The notes beneath the pieces are model-generated. The model searched no databases. It was not told where the DNA came from and was given only the letters and a program-made list of their open reading frames with translations. Positions 63,501-64,000 of a stretch of 64,000 nucleotides of DNA are shown here, one piece after another (the first letter of the stretch is position 1; the number at the start of each line of letters is the position of its first letter). A program made the position numbers and the translations under genes. The DNA is from Monocercomonoides exilis PA203. Taxonomy: Eukaryota; Protista; Preaxostyla. Where the stretch lies: assembly GCA_001643675.2 (NCBI GenBank), contig LSRY02000033.1:62001-126000 (forward strand), written 5' to 3'.

Positions 63501-64000
63501 TCAGAAGGTTGCAACAGATTTTGTGAAGTGGAAGAGGCTTTCTGACTAACAGGTTGAATTAAGTGATCTTTATTATTGTCAAAACTGCTGTTATTCTTTT
63601 TATTGTGAAGCGGAAGTGGATGTATTTGAAGAGGTGTATTTGACGTTGAAGCCAGATGAGATGACGTTCGAAGTGAATTGTCTGTAAATGGAAGTTTGTT
63701 TGTTGTTGGTGTTGATGTTGATGTTGATGATGTGGTTGTTGGTTTTGATGTTTGATGAAATGGGGGAGATGAATATATTTGAGAGGGATTTTGTGAAAAA
63801 GACGAAATGGAATCAGAAGAAGCTGCAACAACAGCTAAATACTGAACATTAGACTGTTCATCGATCACCTCCTGCGACTTGAAATGCTCTTCTAAAGAAG
63901 ATAAATATGATTGAGAACATATTACTCCCTCTTCCATCTGCACAGAATCTCCCGAAAGTGACGAGCTGTCAGGTGCAATGGCGTGGTGGATGAGGAAGTC
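60533..64000 (-). CDS. 3' part (>=1,155 aa) of a large multi-pass membrane protein, tentatively TmcB/TmcC-like architecture
   Basis: The frame is open from the window end to TAG at 60533. Hydrophobic segments IVATVLIAVEAVGCCVAVLVMYYLNV, FPVLATIGFAGAAFSILLIASPVLVALY and VMIAQYVCGIVLLVISVLSVM flank a helical loop and low-complexity linkers. Confidence 0.8.
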   Translation of the reverse strand, partial: DFLIHHAIAPDSSSLSGDSVQMEEGVICSQSYLSSLEEHFKSQEVIDEQSNVQYLAVVAASSDSISSFSQNPSQIYSSPPFHQTSKPTTTSSTSTSTPTTNKLPFTDNSLRTSSHLASTSNTPLQIHPLPLHNKKNNSSFDNNKDHLIQPVSQKASSTSQNLLQPSDTHFYSSEFHQKVHLNHSENLSSIPCSHSSLSSLSSLSPSTPIKSTPPHLSSNSLQSTSLNHNNQFSSLCSSNSEVSSSQSLDTSQLMDQHSFPPSPPPLTSIPSSFQSSSSSSSSRPNVLLTQSISDHPFLDDDPVLHKQMKTITSHINYYLKKAYDETPLKFSCWKEHLFSTVSTIQNAASKVVYLFPSKFGLVDLVGELAAAGHFVIDTQIESPEEEVQSLLLILLNAPVGVTEAFKQTLTSVLDDLARDLQTAEIVATVLIAVEAVGCCVAVLVMYYLNVRKISRTRRESVLQLCLSEKEHVQKRLMEAERIMNGENLTRNEIELEDGAGMDKASNLSADGVKMAGGNHLVDFPLVSEAVQRPEGRMEQQYSLFIPKCGGDDSSLIKNEGSTHSDSPSILDPAVLKEEQLLLNKKKQSVQPADVAMFMSSSMDGKQANLLSLSSQFNSTQQRQVGLPPSVMTSETESNAQDSSSSSSSSSSSSSGILSHVHFLPPRPPSQSAAQHVASKLESSDIVFMRHPDAPSRKSSPLNTQNAFNNQNGQTIQNPQNVQNSLNTQATQGNPNAANATNARAFARQRSPITSTFVSPIISEQNSMSPSASLSFLSSIASFQPLNLRTHFSKASTENLLSAEKLTHSILADEEINDVVEQTYALKHPLSKCFPVLATIGFAGAAFSILLIASPVLVALYSFSSFGPTTLAAVLRGVSALQIGLLAQQLVHRDTPVLVGNLSTVQSTIPHWKGMEHASNDWQEMSLLLAKHIQYFSYLNTKLLFGSDSESLAKSLEKPDGGLTLTSDEIVDSLVVKRTRGRWKQLDELSLKKSGCFLAEEEECKPDRIGGINPSFVGLDSIMDAVVVNAQKLSIEQNDTVLKPTLISFGVIHKLLRLDGLTGLQNYLSLIVECSIGEIETKKHVMIAQYVCGIVLLVISVLSVMNPLDSEVDDTIRTSKEIVALLCKSGENSEQNIHKNDETHTANTTDLEGSIS

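Overview
Eukaryotic, AT-rich genomic DNA with short GT-AG introns. The gene families and the extreme low-complexity coding style point to an oxymonad (Monocercomonoides-like metamonad); this is inference. The main feature is absent from the supplied ORF track because it has no stop codon inside the window. It is a minus-strand gene with a 180-nt first exon (26777-26598), a 95-nt intron and a second exon of at least 26.5 kb that runs off the left edge, giving at least 8,894 aa. Its N-terminal ~1,100 aa carry a SANT/Myb-like motif and a Trithorax/MLL-like PHD zinc-finger cluster whose ligands are pushed apart by long low-complexity inserts. Next comes a ~5 kb intergenic stretch packed with palindromic elements: a near-perfect 999-bp MITE, three related ~250-bp hairpin units and an older ~820-bp TIR element. 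The rest of the window holds a YAK1/DYRK-like pseudokinase, a lineage-expanded hypothetical gene, a dead pogo-type DD35D transposase, a second ~1 kb MITE, a disrupted beta-helix/TM/pseudokinase receptor-like gene, an atypical RING-H2 gene, a 775-aa hypothetical gene and the 3' part of a multi-pass membrane protein gene. No rRNA, tRNA or CRISPR array was recognised.
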